NCBI GenBank assembly: GCA_023409735.1
Contig: JAEYRB010000023.1
Span: forward strand, 1,482-65,481
Origin: Bacillota bacterium
GTDB lineage: Bacteria; Bacillota; Clostridia; Acetivibrionales; DTU013
Length of the DNA stretch: 64,000 bases
Direction: 5' to 3'
Positions 19,413-28,848 of the stretch are shown piece after piece. A program made the translations under genes and the position numbers. The notes under the pieces were generated by a model. It searched no databases and was not told the DNA's origin. It worked only from the letters and a program-made list of their open reading frames with translations. How positions within the stretch are numbered: the stretch's first letter is position 1; every line of letters starts with the position of its first letter.

Positions 19413-19638
19413 GTTCTGTCCTCCAGAGACTTAACGCAGAGCTATATGAACTGGATCGCTGAAATCATCAATGTATTCGGCCAGGGTTGTCTGCTTACCG
19501 GAACGGTGATACTCGACAAAAACGGTCTTGCCGAATTTCAATTTACAGACAAGGACTGACTGACCTATAAGTCTGTATATTACCAAAAGAAAGGAGAGGT
19601 ATGAGACGGCTCTTGATTATCTCATGCCATAGAAAAAA

Positions 19639-20487
19639 ATGAAAGTTTTACTTGCAGGTGCGTTCGGTCACCTAGGTACGGACATTTTACATTCTCTCGT
19701 TGACGCAAATCATGAGGTTATTGCTGCCGATATTGCCATTCGCGAGCTTGACTTTGACGGATTTACTCCCATGAAAATTGATATGACCGACCGCGGTTCT
19801 CTGAAAGGAGTCTGCGACGGAGTTGATGTCGTTATTACGACAGTCGGCCTTACAAAGGCGAGTCAGACCGTGACCGCATACGATATAGACTACGGTGCAA
19901 ACAAAAATCTTCTTGATGAAGCTATCTCGGCAGGAGTTAAGCACTTTGCATACATTTCTGTACTGAAGTCATCGAAGGGAAAACATATCCCCATGCTCGG
20001 CGCAAAGGCAAAGCTTGAAGAAGAGCTGATGAAGTCTCCGATTCAACATGCGATCTTCCGACCCACCGGTTATTTCTACGACACCGCACACATCTTTCAA
20101 CCCAAAGTAGAAGAAGGCAAGGTAACTCTTCTCAAAACAAAAGAGCCTATCAGATGCAATGTTATTGACACTCGTGATTTTGCCGACTACATAGTTGAGC
20201 ATATGTGTGATGAAAACAAAGAATACGATGTCGGCGGAACGGAGACATACACCTATGAAGAAATCGCGAAAATGTTTTTCGCCGCCGCAGGAAAGAAGCC
20301 TATGATAAAATTTGCTCCTGCTTTCCTATTTGACATGATAATTGCAATGTCTCCAAAGTGGAAAAAGGGCGTTATTATGTTCGGCAAGTGGACTATGACC
20401 GAGGACATGGTCGCAGAAGTTCACACCGGCAAACGCAGTTTTGCCGCATATATTAAAGAAATTTATAAAAAGGGATTGAAATTCTGA
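19639..20487 (+). CDS. NAD(P)H-binding NmrA/atypical-SDR family protein
   Basis: N-terminal Rossmann motif MKVLLAGAFGHLGTDIL. 282 aa. Confidence 0.75.
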   Translation: MKVLLAGAFGHLGTDILHSLVDANHEVIAADIAIRELDFDGFTPMKIDMTDRGSLKGVCDGVDVVITTVGLTKASQTVTAYDIDYGANKNLLDEAISAGVKHFAYISVLKSSKGKHIPMLGAKAKLEEELMKSPIQHAIFRPTGYFYDTAHIFQPKVEEGKVTLLKTKEPIRCNVIDTRDFADYIVEHMCDENKEYDVGGTETYTYEEIAKMFFAAAGKKPMIKFAPAFLFDMIIAMSPKWKKGVIMFGKWTMTEDMVAEVHTGKRSFAAYIKEIYKKGLKF

Positions 20488-20515
20488 TATCAAAATTCAG
20501 CAGGAGGATAACAAT

Positions 20516-21343
20516 ATGTTCCCAAATGGATATTTAATTCTGCTTGCAGTCAGCCTTATCTGCTGCTGTATCGGCTATTACAGATTTGTATGGTTTATGT
20601 CTGTCGGCTACGGATTTTCCGCTGCCGGTATCGGAATCACAATGTTCGTAATTTCGCTTATTCGCGGTCAGTTTGATATTCTCTTTACACTTCAGTGCCT
20701 TCTTTTTGTAATCTATGGAATTCGCCTTGGCCTGTTCTTATTTATTCGCGAGATGAAGAACGTAAGATATCGCGAAAAGATGAAAGAGGTCGGCGGCGAT
20801 ACCAAGGTTCCCGTATTCGTATCTCTGTTCATATGGATCATCTGCGGCGCAATTTATGTAATGCAATCCTCAGGTGCCGTTTATCGTCTTCTCAACAATT
20901 CTGAAACGAATTATGCCCTGATCATTGGCATCATTATCAGCGCTGTCGGCATCGTACTTGAAGCCGTTGCCGACAAACAGAAAGGCTATGCAAAAGAAAA
21001 GAATCCCAATATGCCTGCAATGCACGGTCTTTATAAAATTTGCCGTTGCCCGAACTACTTCGGCGAAGTTCTGTTCTGGACAGGCACCTTTATTTCCGGC
21101 ATCGGTGCAGTCATCGGTTTGCAGTGGCTCATTGCGGCAATAGGTTACATTGAGATAGTGTTTGTCATGCTGTCCGGCGCAAAGCGTGTCGAAACGCGCC
21201 ACATCAAGCACTACGGCACAAATCCCGACTATATCAAATACGCCGATTCAACTCCCCTTTTATTCCCGCTTATTCCCTTGTACCATATGACAAACGAAGA
21301 AAAAATCGCATCTGAGGAATCTGCTAAAAAAGCTAAGGCTTAG
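20516..21343 (+). CDS. DUF1295 / steroid-5-alpha-reductase-like membrane protein
   Basis: Polytopic protein with conserved C-terminal YKICRCPNYFGEVLFWTG. Confidence 0.7.
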   Translation: MFPNGYLILLAVSLICCCIGYYRFVWFMSVGYGFSAAGIGITMFVISLIRGQFDILFTLQCLLFVIYGIRLGLFLFIREMKNVRYREKMKEVGGDTKVPVFVSLFIWIICGAIYVMQSSGAVYRLLNNSETNYALIIGIIISAVGIVLEAVADKQKGYAKEKNPNMPAMHGLYKICRCPNYFGEVLFWTGTFISGIGAVIGLQWLIAAIGYIEIVFVMLSGAKRVETRHIKHYGTNPDYIKYADSTPLLFPLIPLYHMTNEEKIASEESAKKAKA

Positions 21344-21360
21344 AAGAGAGGTAAGAAATA

Positions 21361-21885
21361 ATGGCTGAAAAGAATTGTGAAGCAGTTGATATTTCGCATT
21401 TCAAAAACTTTTGGATTGAACAACAAAAGACAGCAAAACATATGGTTCGGGATGATGCTCTCGCTCATATCGTAGGTTTTATCAAAAGTCATAACACCTG
21501 CGCACTTGCAACCGCTGCCGGTGACTTTGTGCGCTGCACGCCGATAGAATATGCATACATGGACGGCTGTTTTTACCTTTATTCCGAAGGGGGCGCAAAG
21601 TTCATTGGTCTTGAGAAAAACAAAAACGTGTCTCTAAGCATCTTCGAGTATTACGGAGATAAGAATGACTCGCACGGGCTTCAGGTGATGGGTACGGCCG
21701 AACTCTTCCCTCCGGGATGTGAACTGTTTAAAAAGGTGCTTGAATTCAAAGGAATCCCGTACGACGTTATGAAAGCGGCAAAGGTCGATGTATGCCTTAT
21801 CAAAATTACGCCGAAACAATACGAAATGTATGACACCAACTTTGTAAAGGCGGGCTTTGACGTTCGTCAAATTATCAATTTCTGA
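21361..21885 (+). CDS. Pyridoxamine 5'-phosphate oxidase (PNPOx-like FMN-binding) family protein
   Basis: About 174 aa with HNTCALATAAGDFVRCTPIEYAYMDGCFYLYSEGGAKF, a split-barrel pattern. Confidence 0.7.
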   Translation: MAEKNCEAVDISHFKNFWIEQQKTAKHMVRDDALAHIVGFIKSHNTCALATAAGDFVRCTPIEYAYMDGCFYLYSEGGAKFIGLEKNKNVSLSIFEYYGDKNDSHGLQVMGTAELFPPGCELFKKVLEFKGIPYDVMKAAKVDVCLIKITPKQYEMYDTNFVKAGFDVRQIINF

Positions 21886-21901
21886 TCCGGAGGAAGCAAA
21901 A

Positions 21902-22564
21902 ATGACAGAAAAAATGCTTGAGGCTATCGGACAAATATATCCGCTTACGGAAAAAGATTGCGGGGAATTTGCCAAAAGCAAAGTCAACGGAATGAAGTTT
22001 TTGATCCGCGCTTTTGAGGCAAGAGGACTCGGTAATGTTTCGATGATGAGCGGGACTGCCATGTTCGGGATGATGAAAATGGATACCGTAATTATCAACC
22101 CTTTTGAAAAGGATATGGCACTCTTTTCTTATGACAGAATCTATGCGGTAGGAAATGACACAATTTTTCTTGAACTTTACGATACTCGAATCGAGAAAAG
22201 CACCGTTTCCGACGAACTGTCAAAGGTTGTTGCGGCTTACAGCGACATTCCCGAGGAACCCGTTGCGCCGAACTGGTACGATGACATCAAATTACCCGAA
22301 AGCATTAAAAAGAAAGGCAAAAAAGCCATAACGCCCAGGATTGACAATTTTACCGTCGAATATCTTGAAGCGTATCTTAAGTTATGCGCTGATGCAAAGG
22401 AGTGTGACCGCACCGAAAAGATGAAAGCTGCACAAGTTTATACTGAAGGGTTGCTGTCAAACGGTGGCCCCAGTACGGACCAGTTCGTGAAATCGAAGGG
22501 GCTTGAGTTCACACAAAAGCTATTCCGCACCGTTTTATTCGGAACTGGACCCCTTGAAAGCTAA
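21902..22564 (+). CDS. Uncharacterised 220-aa protein (tentative distant resemblance to ferredoxin-dependent bilin reductases)
   Basis: ORF with GGAGGAAG before ATG 21902. Last gene of the operon. No firm motif; see findings. Confidence 0.5.
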   Translation: MTEKMLEAIGQIYPLTEKDCGEFAKSKVNGMKFLIRAFEARGLGNVSMMSGTAMFGMMKMDTVIINPFEKDMALFSYDRIYAVGNDTIFLELYDTRIEKSTVSDELSKVVAAYSDIPEEPVAPNWYDDIKLPESIKKKGKKAITPRIDNFTVEYLEAYLKLCADAKECDRTEKMKAAQVYTEGLLSNGGPSTDQFVKSKGLEFTQKLFRTVLFGTGPLES

Positions 22565-22585
22565 TTTGAAAAACAATATTCTGCC

Positions 22586-22630
22586 AAAAAGGCCTTGATA
22601 ACAGGAAACTCCTGTTTCAAGACCTTTTCT
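22586..22630. terminator. Bidirectional intrinsic terminator between two convergent units
   Basis: Imperfect 14-15-bp hairpin GGCCTTGATAACAGG/CCTGTTTCAAGACC, flanked by A5 on the left and T4 on the right. Confidence 0.55.
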
Positions 22631-22671
22631 GCGATATACTGTCAAATCATCAATAATGTTTTGTATCCGCT

Positions 22672-23871
22672 TCAATTTTCCCGTTCCCGCTGGAGTCTGA
22701 ACTCCACGGAACGCATGAGATAGGTGAGGTACTCCGCATCCCGACACATGGCCTTGCTGGGCACATCAGAGAGCTTGGCCACGGGGCGGCCGTTGACATA
22801 CTGCAGCTTAATGACGATGTTCAGGGCCTTTTCGCAGGTGTCATTGGTGCAGTAGGTGCCGATGCCGAAGGAAACCTTTGCTCTATCCTTGAAGTAGTTA
22901 TTGAGCGCCTCAGCCTGATCAAAATCCAGACCGTCGCTGAACAAAAGCAGCTTGGTTCTGGGGTCCACACCGTACTTCTCGTAGTGTGCGATAATTTTCT
23001 CGCCCCACTCGTACGGATCACCGCTGTCGTGGCGAACACCTGTGTAGTTATTTACCATGGAACGGTTGAAGTCCAACAGGAACAGATCCGTTGTGATAGT
23101 GTCAGTGAGGGCGGTGCCGTTATCACCATTATATTCGTTGTACCAGTCCTCCATGGCATATTTGTTGGTATAGGCCAGGGGGATGCAATCAATGCCCTGA
23201 TACATCTGGACAAACTCGTGAGCATAGGTACCGATAGGGGTGAGTTTGTACTTCATAGCGAGGTATACATTGGAGGTGCCGACACAATTATTCGTTTCCG
23301 TGGCCAGGCGGCGAACCACCTCGTCCTCCCATTCCCGGGAGAGCCTGCGGCGGCATCCGAACTCGGCAAATTTAAAGGTGTACTTGCCGCTTTGGAAGTC
23401 CTCGATCTTCTGTGTCAGGCGCTCCTCGGCAGATTTTCTCAGAGTTCTATAGTCATACTGCATACGGAAGTAAACCTCGTTAATGATCTCCAGCAGGAAG
23501 ATCTCAAACTGCATAGCGGAAAACAGAGGGCCTCTTACTACCACGGAAAGCTCGCCATCAGGCTTTCCCTCTACGCTGACATAGTCTCGGATGGGATGCC
23601 ACAACCGCAGGAACTCCACATAGTCGCTCTTGATGAAGCGGATGGCGCGGAGATAGTCAAGCTCCTCATTGGTAAAGGTCAGGGTGCACAGATGGTCTAC
23701 CTGTTCATTTATCTCCTGTACTATTTCCGGGGTAAAGACAATACCCTTGTTTCTGCACTTGAAGTAATATTCGCCGTTCAGGTTGGTGTGCTTGTGAAAG
23801 ATTACCTGATTCATATTAAATTTATAGAGATCCGTATCCAGCAGTGATACAACAATAGGTTCCAGTTTCAT
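22672..23871 (-). CDS. pncB: Nicotinate phosphoribosyltransferase
   Basis: 399 aa. N-terminus LLDTDLYKFNMNQ plus HEFVQ and FGIGT motifs of PncB. Confidence 0.9.
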   Translation of the reverse strand: MKLEPIVVSLLDTDLYKFNMNQVIFHKHTNLNGEYYFKCRNKGIVFTPEIVQEINEQVDHLCTLTFTNEELDYLRAIRFIKSDYVEFLRLWHPIRDYVSVEGKPDGELSVVVRGPLFSAMQFEIFLLEIINEVYFRMQYDYRTLRKSAEERLTQKIEDFQSGKYTFKFAEFGCRRRLSREWEDEVVRRLATETNNCVGTSNVYLAMKYKLTPIGTYAHEFVQMYQGIDCIPLAYTNKYAMEDWYNEYNGDNGTALTDTITTDLFLLDFNRSMVNNYTGVRHDSGDPYEWGEKIIAHYEKYGVDPRTKLLLFSDGLDFDQAEALNNYFKDRAKVSFGIGTYCTNDTCEKALNIVIKLQYVNGRPVAKLSDVPSKAMCRDAEYLTYLMRSVEFRLQREREN

Positions 23872-23933
23872 TTCAGTCTTCCTTTCAATAAAAATGCAAA
23901 CTCCAGCCGCTAATTCCCCTTTTGTCGGTGGGG

Positions 23934-24458
23934 TTACTGAACATCAATCTGGCACATTTTCATGGTGGTCAGAGCAGCCTCATGGGTATCAGGGGTGACA
24001 CCTGCGCAGCAGGCGGCGTTAACTATAATCGCCTTCTCGGGAAAACTGGCCTTCAGCAGTAGGGCATTGGACACCACACAGATGTCAGTACACAGTCCCA
24101 CCAGCTCAATCTCGAAATCTTCGTCGCCTGCCTTCTCCCGAATCAGCTTCGGCAGGATGGTGCTTCCAAATGTGGGCTTTTCCACGGGAGTAAAGTCCTT
24201 TTCGGCAAGGGCTGCTGCTACCTGTACATCCAGCTGCCAGCCTTCAGTGCCCCGGATGCAGTGGGGAATCGGGAGCTTTCTGCCCTCGGCGGTTTCCATA
24301 TAGTCTTCAAAGTGCGTGTCGTAGGTTACGAAGATGTCACCATCAAAGTCAGCAATCTTCTCGGTAACGGCGGGAACAATAGCCACGGCCTCGGGGGTTC
24401 CCAGAGCACCGTCTACAAAGTCCTTCTGCATATCAACTACAATCAAGAATCTTTTCAT
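23934..24458 (-). CDS. pncA: Nicotinamidase / isochorismatase-family cysteine hydrolase
   Basis: IVVDMQKDFVDGALG and catalytic-Cys context LVGLCTDICV. 174 aa, directly upstream of pncB. Confidence 0.85.
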   Translation of the reverse strand: MKRFLIVVDMQKDFVDGALGTPEAVAIVPAVTEKIADFDGDIFVTYDTHFEDYMETAEGRKLPIPHCIRGTEGWQLDVQVAAALAEKDFTPVEKPTFGSTILPKLIREKAGDEDFEIELVGLCTDICVVSNALLLKASFPEKAIIVNAACCAGVTPDTHEAALTTMKMCQIDVQ

Positions 24459-24833
24459 AGTATCACACCTCTTTCAAATGACGCTTGAAAAAAGACATAA
24501 GCTAGAATAAAGAAAATAATACAACCAATTATTAATCTATGTATTACCCAAATATCATATTATTTATATTTTCAGTTTACAATAATGTTTAACGTATTGC
24601 AATCAATGGAATGAAAAGGCCGTATGTAGAGATGTAATTCTTTACATCAGGATGGCCTTGCCGCCTCCTGTATTTTATTGCTCGCAGTCATATGTTGCTG
24701 TAAGGCCCTCATTCTTTTTTATTATAAACCAATTGCATTTATTCGGACAGGTAATGATCCGATATCTGTTGCTTCATTATATAAGCCACAGACATAGTAC
24801 TAACTAGAAGTCAGATATTCTATATTCTTATAC

Positions 24834-25556
24834 TTACGCCCCAAAAATAGCTACAAACTGTCTATCTAAAATAAACCTATTATTATCCCATTTTAAAATA
24901 TTTTGAATAAAGCCTAAAGCATCGGCATTATATCTTCCTGCTATCTTTTGAAATGCTAATAACTCATATACTCTGTTTGCGTCAAAATCTATAGGATACA
25001 AGCCGCTTAACGGATTTACAAACCCGGAAATAGCACTCTTTAATTTGCCGTTTGAATCATATATTTCACTTAAATATTCAAGTCCTTTATAAGATATATC
25101 TAATATATATCTCGTATTGTTATTTTTGCTTACTACTTCAACCTTATAGAAGTCCCTATACGTCACTTCATATTGATATTCCTGATTATATATATTGTAA
25201 TCAAAAATTAGCCTCGGAATATTGTAAGCAAACGAGTATATATAATAATAAGTAATTCCGCCGCTTCCACCTGAAGTAATACTAATTAAAATATCGTATA
25301 CTTCGTCACCGGTAAAATCGCTTAAATAGAGTATAGGATTATAACCTGCATTTTCACCAGGTAATGTAACACTTTTGGATGTACCTGTTCTTCCATCCCT
25401 TACTATAAGTGTTATGTATTGAATAAATGGACTGTCAGGTGTTTTTATGCCAGTCAAATAAACATCATCAGGTATTCTATCACCAGTCACATCTCCCCTT
25501 ATAAACGAAACAATATTTGACTGTCTAATATTTGCATTAAAAGAATAATTATTCAT
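24834..25556 (-). CDS. Uncharacterised protein with two FG-GAP/VCBS-like DxTGD motifs; Tyr/Asn-rich
   Basis: 240-aa ORF with GAAGGGG RBS. Motifs GDVTGDRIPDDVYL and DFTGDEVYDILI. No signal peptide seen. Confidence 0.6.
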   Translation of the reverse strand: MNNYSFNANIRQSNIVSFIRGDVTGDRIPDDVYLTGIKTPDSPFIQYITLIVRDGRTGTSKSVTLPGENAGYNPILYLSDFTGDEVYDILISITSGGSGGITYYYIYSFAYNIPRLIFDYNIYNQEYQYEVTYRDFYKVEVVSKNNNTRYILDISYKGLEYLSEIYDSNGKLKSAISGFVNPLSGLYPIDFDANRVYELLAFQKIAGRYNADALGFIQNILKWDNNRFILDRQFVAIFGA

Positions 25557-25635
25557 ATATACCCCTTCATCATGGCTTTATTTTATTCTATGGTAAAGTT
25601 GATATATATGTTCTATGATAAGTTAACATAAAACC

Positions 25636-25665
25636 TGAAGAACTCATATACTGTATGAAGAACTC
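25636..25665 (+). promoter_or_regulatory. 10-bp direct repeat at 20-nt phase flanking a CATATACT box upstream of 25689
   Basis: TGAAGAACTC at 25636-25645 and again at 25656-25665. CATATACT (25645-25652) resembles a mother-cell sigma (E/K-type) -10 element. Confidence 0.35.
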
Positions 25666-25688
25666 TATCCAAATGTGGAGGAATAAAC

Positions 25689-26186
25689 ATGACAACTTTC
25701 GGCTCTTTCTCAGGCATTGTTACTATGATTAATGATTTTATGATCGGCACCGGAGAATCAATAGGTTGCTTTAAACTAATGACTGTGGGAAATGGGGATG
25801 GAAATATTGTAAATTTTGTTATATCTCCGGCAACTTACTTTGTAAACAATGTAATGATTGCAGTTGGAAATACAGTAACAGGATTTTATGATGCAAATGC
25901 TCCTGTGCCTCTGATTTACCCACCACAATATCAAGCAATTGTTATATCAAGATTTGAACCAGGTCAAAATGTGAAAGTAGACTATTTTAATGGACAGTTG
26001 TTAAGTAGTGATGGTTCCCTAAAGCTAAACATCGCTCCTTTTACTCTGATAACACTGCAAAATGGGCAAGCGTTTACTGCGAACCCGGCAAACCATGACC
26101 TGATTGTTCAATACGGCCCAACTACAATGAGTATTCCGGCTCAAACTACACCATATAAAATTATTGTTTTGTGCCCAAGGGTATAA
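25689..26186 (+). CDS. Uncharacterised 165-aa protein (beta-rich, no TM)
   Basis: ORF with GGAGG 7 nt upstream. No recognisable motif. Confidence 0.6.
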   Translation: MTTFGSFSGIVTMINDFMIGTGESIGCFKLMTVGNGDGNIVNFVISPATYFVNNVMIAVGNTVTGFYDANAPVPLIYPPQYQAIVISRFEPGQNVKVDYFNGQLLSSDGSLKLNIAPFTLITLQNGQAFTANPANHDLIVQYGPTTMSIPAQTTPYKIIVLCPRV

Positions 26187-26425
26187 GGCAGCAGCAAAGA
26201 TAAAAGTAATATATTCCGCTTAATTCAATATGTAACTATTCCTTTGATAATAATGCATTGAAGAAAATTCCGGGTGTTATACCAAGTAATTTGAATGTAC
26301 CGATAAGTGACGATTTAGAAAACTGGCTAGAAGTCTGAAAAATACCAAAAATTCAGATAATGAGATTTTAGGATACAGACACGTTAAAGGCCTTCCAGGT
26401 GAAATCCTGAAAGGCCTTATTTAAC

Positions 26426-26502
<77 letters not shown>

Positions 26503-26981
26503 ATATATAAAACTTTGCTTGCGGCATCCATCTCTCAACCGCTTAATTAGTATAACACTGTAACTATGTAATTGCAAGTGCTAATTTTAGGCATCTGCGA
26601 TGTAATCAAGTAATATATCAGTACTTATATTGCCTTGAAACCGTTGAAACCAGCAATACATCACTCTTTGGACTTAAGACATTATACATTGCAAGTATCT
26701 CTATATTATATTGATAAAAAACTGCAGATACCATTTTACATCAAATATGTAAGCGAATCCACTATTTGCCTGCCGGTAAGATGCTCACTGATAGATGCCT
26801 AAGAGGTATTAATCCATGAAAGTTATGTATCTATTGTATCAGTACCTCTGTTGAGGCCTACAAGCAAGGCTTCCTAATTATCATCCTTCTGCTTAGCAGC
26901 TTTTGATAAGCTTTCAAATTAGCTTCCGGCATGAATATAGAAAAAACCGAAGCTTTATCTAAATAGAAAAAACTTCGGATC

Positions 26982-27067
26982 TGGTGCCGCTGATCGGACT
27001 TGAACCGATACGATGTTGCCACCGAGGGATTTTAAGTCCCTTGTGTCTGCCATTCCACCACAGCGGC
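26982..27067 (-). tRNA. tRNA-Leu (UAA)
   Basis: Reverse complement GCCGCTGTGGTGGAATGGCAGACACAAGGGACTTAAAATCCCTCGGTGGCAACATCGTATCGGTTCAAGTCCGATCAGCGGCACCA. Anticodon loop CTTAAAA, long variable arm, CCA encoded. Confidence 0.9.
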
Positions 27068-27186
27068 GAGTAGGATTGAAAATTTCACTCCATAATTTAG
27101 TCAATAAATCAAATATAGAATTTTTCAACTATAATATAATAACATCTAGCTTTATAAAAAGCAAGTGTCAGCATAATCCAAACTAA

Positions 27187-27624
27187 TTAATAATATTGAG
27201 CAGATTTGCGATATCCTCCGCTGCCCCTCTTTGACTCAAAATTCTTCTTGAGGTCGTGCATTCTGTCGTCGCTGTCCTTCATATACTTTGCAAGACGGTC
27301 TTCAAACGACATATTTTCATTACTACTTCTGTTCCAATCCATATCCGCCGGTGGCCTAACTGCCTTTGGTGCTGTCTTAGGAGCTGTTTTACGGTCAATG
27401 GCTTTTTTGATTGACAAGCTTATTTTACCATTTTCCATGGATAAAACCTTAACCTTAACTTCTTGATTCTCCTGCAAATGATTCTTAATATCCTTTACAT
27501 ACTCCTCAGCGATTTCTGAGATGTGAACAAGGCCCGTTTTACCTTCGGGTAGTTGAATAAAAGCTCCAAAATTGGTGATGCCGGCAACTTTACCTTCAAC
27601 TATATTACCAACCTCAACAAGCAT
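27187..27624 (-). CDS. yabR: S1 RNA-binding domain protein (YabR-like)
   Basis: VGNIVEGKVAGITNFGAFIQLPEGKTGLVHISEI is an S1 fold. The position after divIC matches Bacillus synteny. The start is likely the ATG at 27624 (MLVEVGN). Confidence 0.85.
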   Translation of the reverse strand: MLVEVGNIVEGKVAGITNFGAFIQLPEGKTGLVHISEIAEEYVKDIKNHLQENQEVKVKVLSMENGKISLSIKKAIDRKTAPKTAPKAVRPPADMDWNRSSNENMSFEDRLAKYMKDSDDRMHDLKKNFESKRGSGGYRKSAQYY

Positions 27625-27791
27625 ACTGAAAAAAAACCTCCTTAACATTTATAAAAACGGCCTAAACCGTTGTTGGTACTCACATCCCACTTATATCATT
27701 GTATAAAAAAGTAATTTAGATTATATAGCATATGAAATAATTCGTCAAGGCTCTATTTATAAGGGCTGTAAGAAATTTCATCAGCTCAAAG

Positions 27792-28079
27792 CTATTTATT
27801 GCCTATGTCTACATAAACTGTTTCATTTTCTTTAACCATTCCCAGTTTTTCTCTTGCTACCTTTTCCTTATACGCATCGCTATTGATCATTTCTTTTTCT
27901 TTTGTCAGCTGCTCGTTAACCTTCTCTTCTTCAGCTATTTTACTTTCTATCCTATTAAGCTCATCATTTTTGGAATTTATCAACTTTTGTTGATCAATTG
28001 CCGCATAGGATAAGTACAAAAAAATGGCCAGCAGTAATATAACACCAAATGCTGAATTTTTCTTTTTGTTTTTGTTCAT
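27792..28079 (-). CDS. divIC: Septum formation initiator (FtsB/DivIC family)
   Basis: 95 aa with one N-terminal TM, then a coiled coil and C-terminal ARE.LGMV...E motif. AAGGAG RBS. Confidence 0.8.
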   Translation of the reverse strand: MNKNKKKNSAFGVILLLAIFLYLSYAAIDQQKLINSKNDELNRIESKIAEEEKVNEQLTKEKEMINSDAYKEKVAREKLGMVKENETVYVDIGNK

Positions 28080-28287
28080 GTTTATTACTCCTTATCGGAG
28101 GATGTCTTTTGTTTTAGCATAGGCCTTGATGCCTTTATGCTTAGTTGTTGTAGAATTTATCCCTTTTCATTATTAATTCTATGCATATTTCGAAATTCCT
28201 GCTACTTAAAATTTTTTTCTTGATTTTTGTACAAATCTTTTTATGGTTATTTCTCTTTTTATGGTTGCTGCTAAGCCTTTCTGTCTT

Positions 28288-28848
28288 TTACTTTTTCTTT
28301 TTGCTCTTTTCTTTTATCTTTTTATTTTTTCCTTTTTTACCCCGCTTTTTATTTCTTGCTTTTGTTTTATGCCTGTTCTTTGCCTTGCTTTTCGCTTTAG
28401 CTTTCCTGTCAGCTCTAGCCTTGCTCATTGCAGCTTTTATTCTGCATACAAGCTTTTTCACAGGTGCTTTCAATGCTCGGCATATAAGCCTTACAGGATA
28501 AGATACAACAAATATCATGGTTTTAAATGCCCTGATAAATAGATTAATAATGAAAAGTGAAGCATTAATTACGATTCTGCTGAATAATAGCTCATAAAAC
28601 ACTGCGCCTAATAATGCCCCCAAAAACATATACACTCTTAGCTCGCCGCTATTACAATAATATATGATGGCAGACATTATGAGAGCAGAAAATATCCAGA
28701 ACAGCAGATCCTCTGCATATATTGACACCCTTCCCGGCTTCAGAGCTTTTCTTATTATTCGGAAAATGTCGAAGAGGAACGATATTGCTATTCCGCATAA
28801 TATTGTACAAAAGAAAATGTAAACCTGATTGCTTATAGAAACAATCAT
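28288..28848 (-). CDS. yabQ: Spore cortex biosynthesis protein YabQ with a long polybasic C-terminal tail
   Basis: N-terminus QVYIFFCTILCGIAISFLFDIFRIIRK is typical of YabQ. It overlaps yabP by 4 nt. The last about 45 aa are K/R-rich (KAKAKSKAKNRHKTKARNKKRGKKGKNKKIKEKSKKKK). Confidence 0.75.
   Translation of the reverse strand: MIVSISNQVYIFFCTILCGIAISFLFDIFRIIRKALKPGRVSIYAEDLLFWIFSALIMSAIIYYCNSGELRVYMFLGALLGAVFYELLFSRIVINASLFIINLFIRAFKTMIFVVSYPVRLICRALKAPVKKLVCRIKAAMSKARADRKAKAKSKAKNRHKTKARNKKRGKKGKNKKIKEKSKKKK

Noticed and set aside
22984-23847. 287-aa + strand ORF
   Set aside because: It is antisense to pncB. Long stop-free antisense frames are expected in this GC-rich gene, and there is no RBS and no recognisable motif.
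26503-26981. 480-nt gap between the two tRNA genes, examined for an ncRNA, integrase remnant or att-like repeat
   Set aside because: I saw no ORF of 60 aa or more, no convincing conserved-structure hallmark, and no direct repeat of a tRNA 3' end. It probably holds promoter and spacer sequence only.
28181-28542. Poly-Phe/Leu ORFs (106 and 99 aa) that could be taken for membrane peptides
   Set aside because: They are the antisense shadow of the lysine-rich tail of yabQ (AAG/AAA codons read as CTT/TTT).
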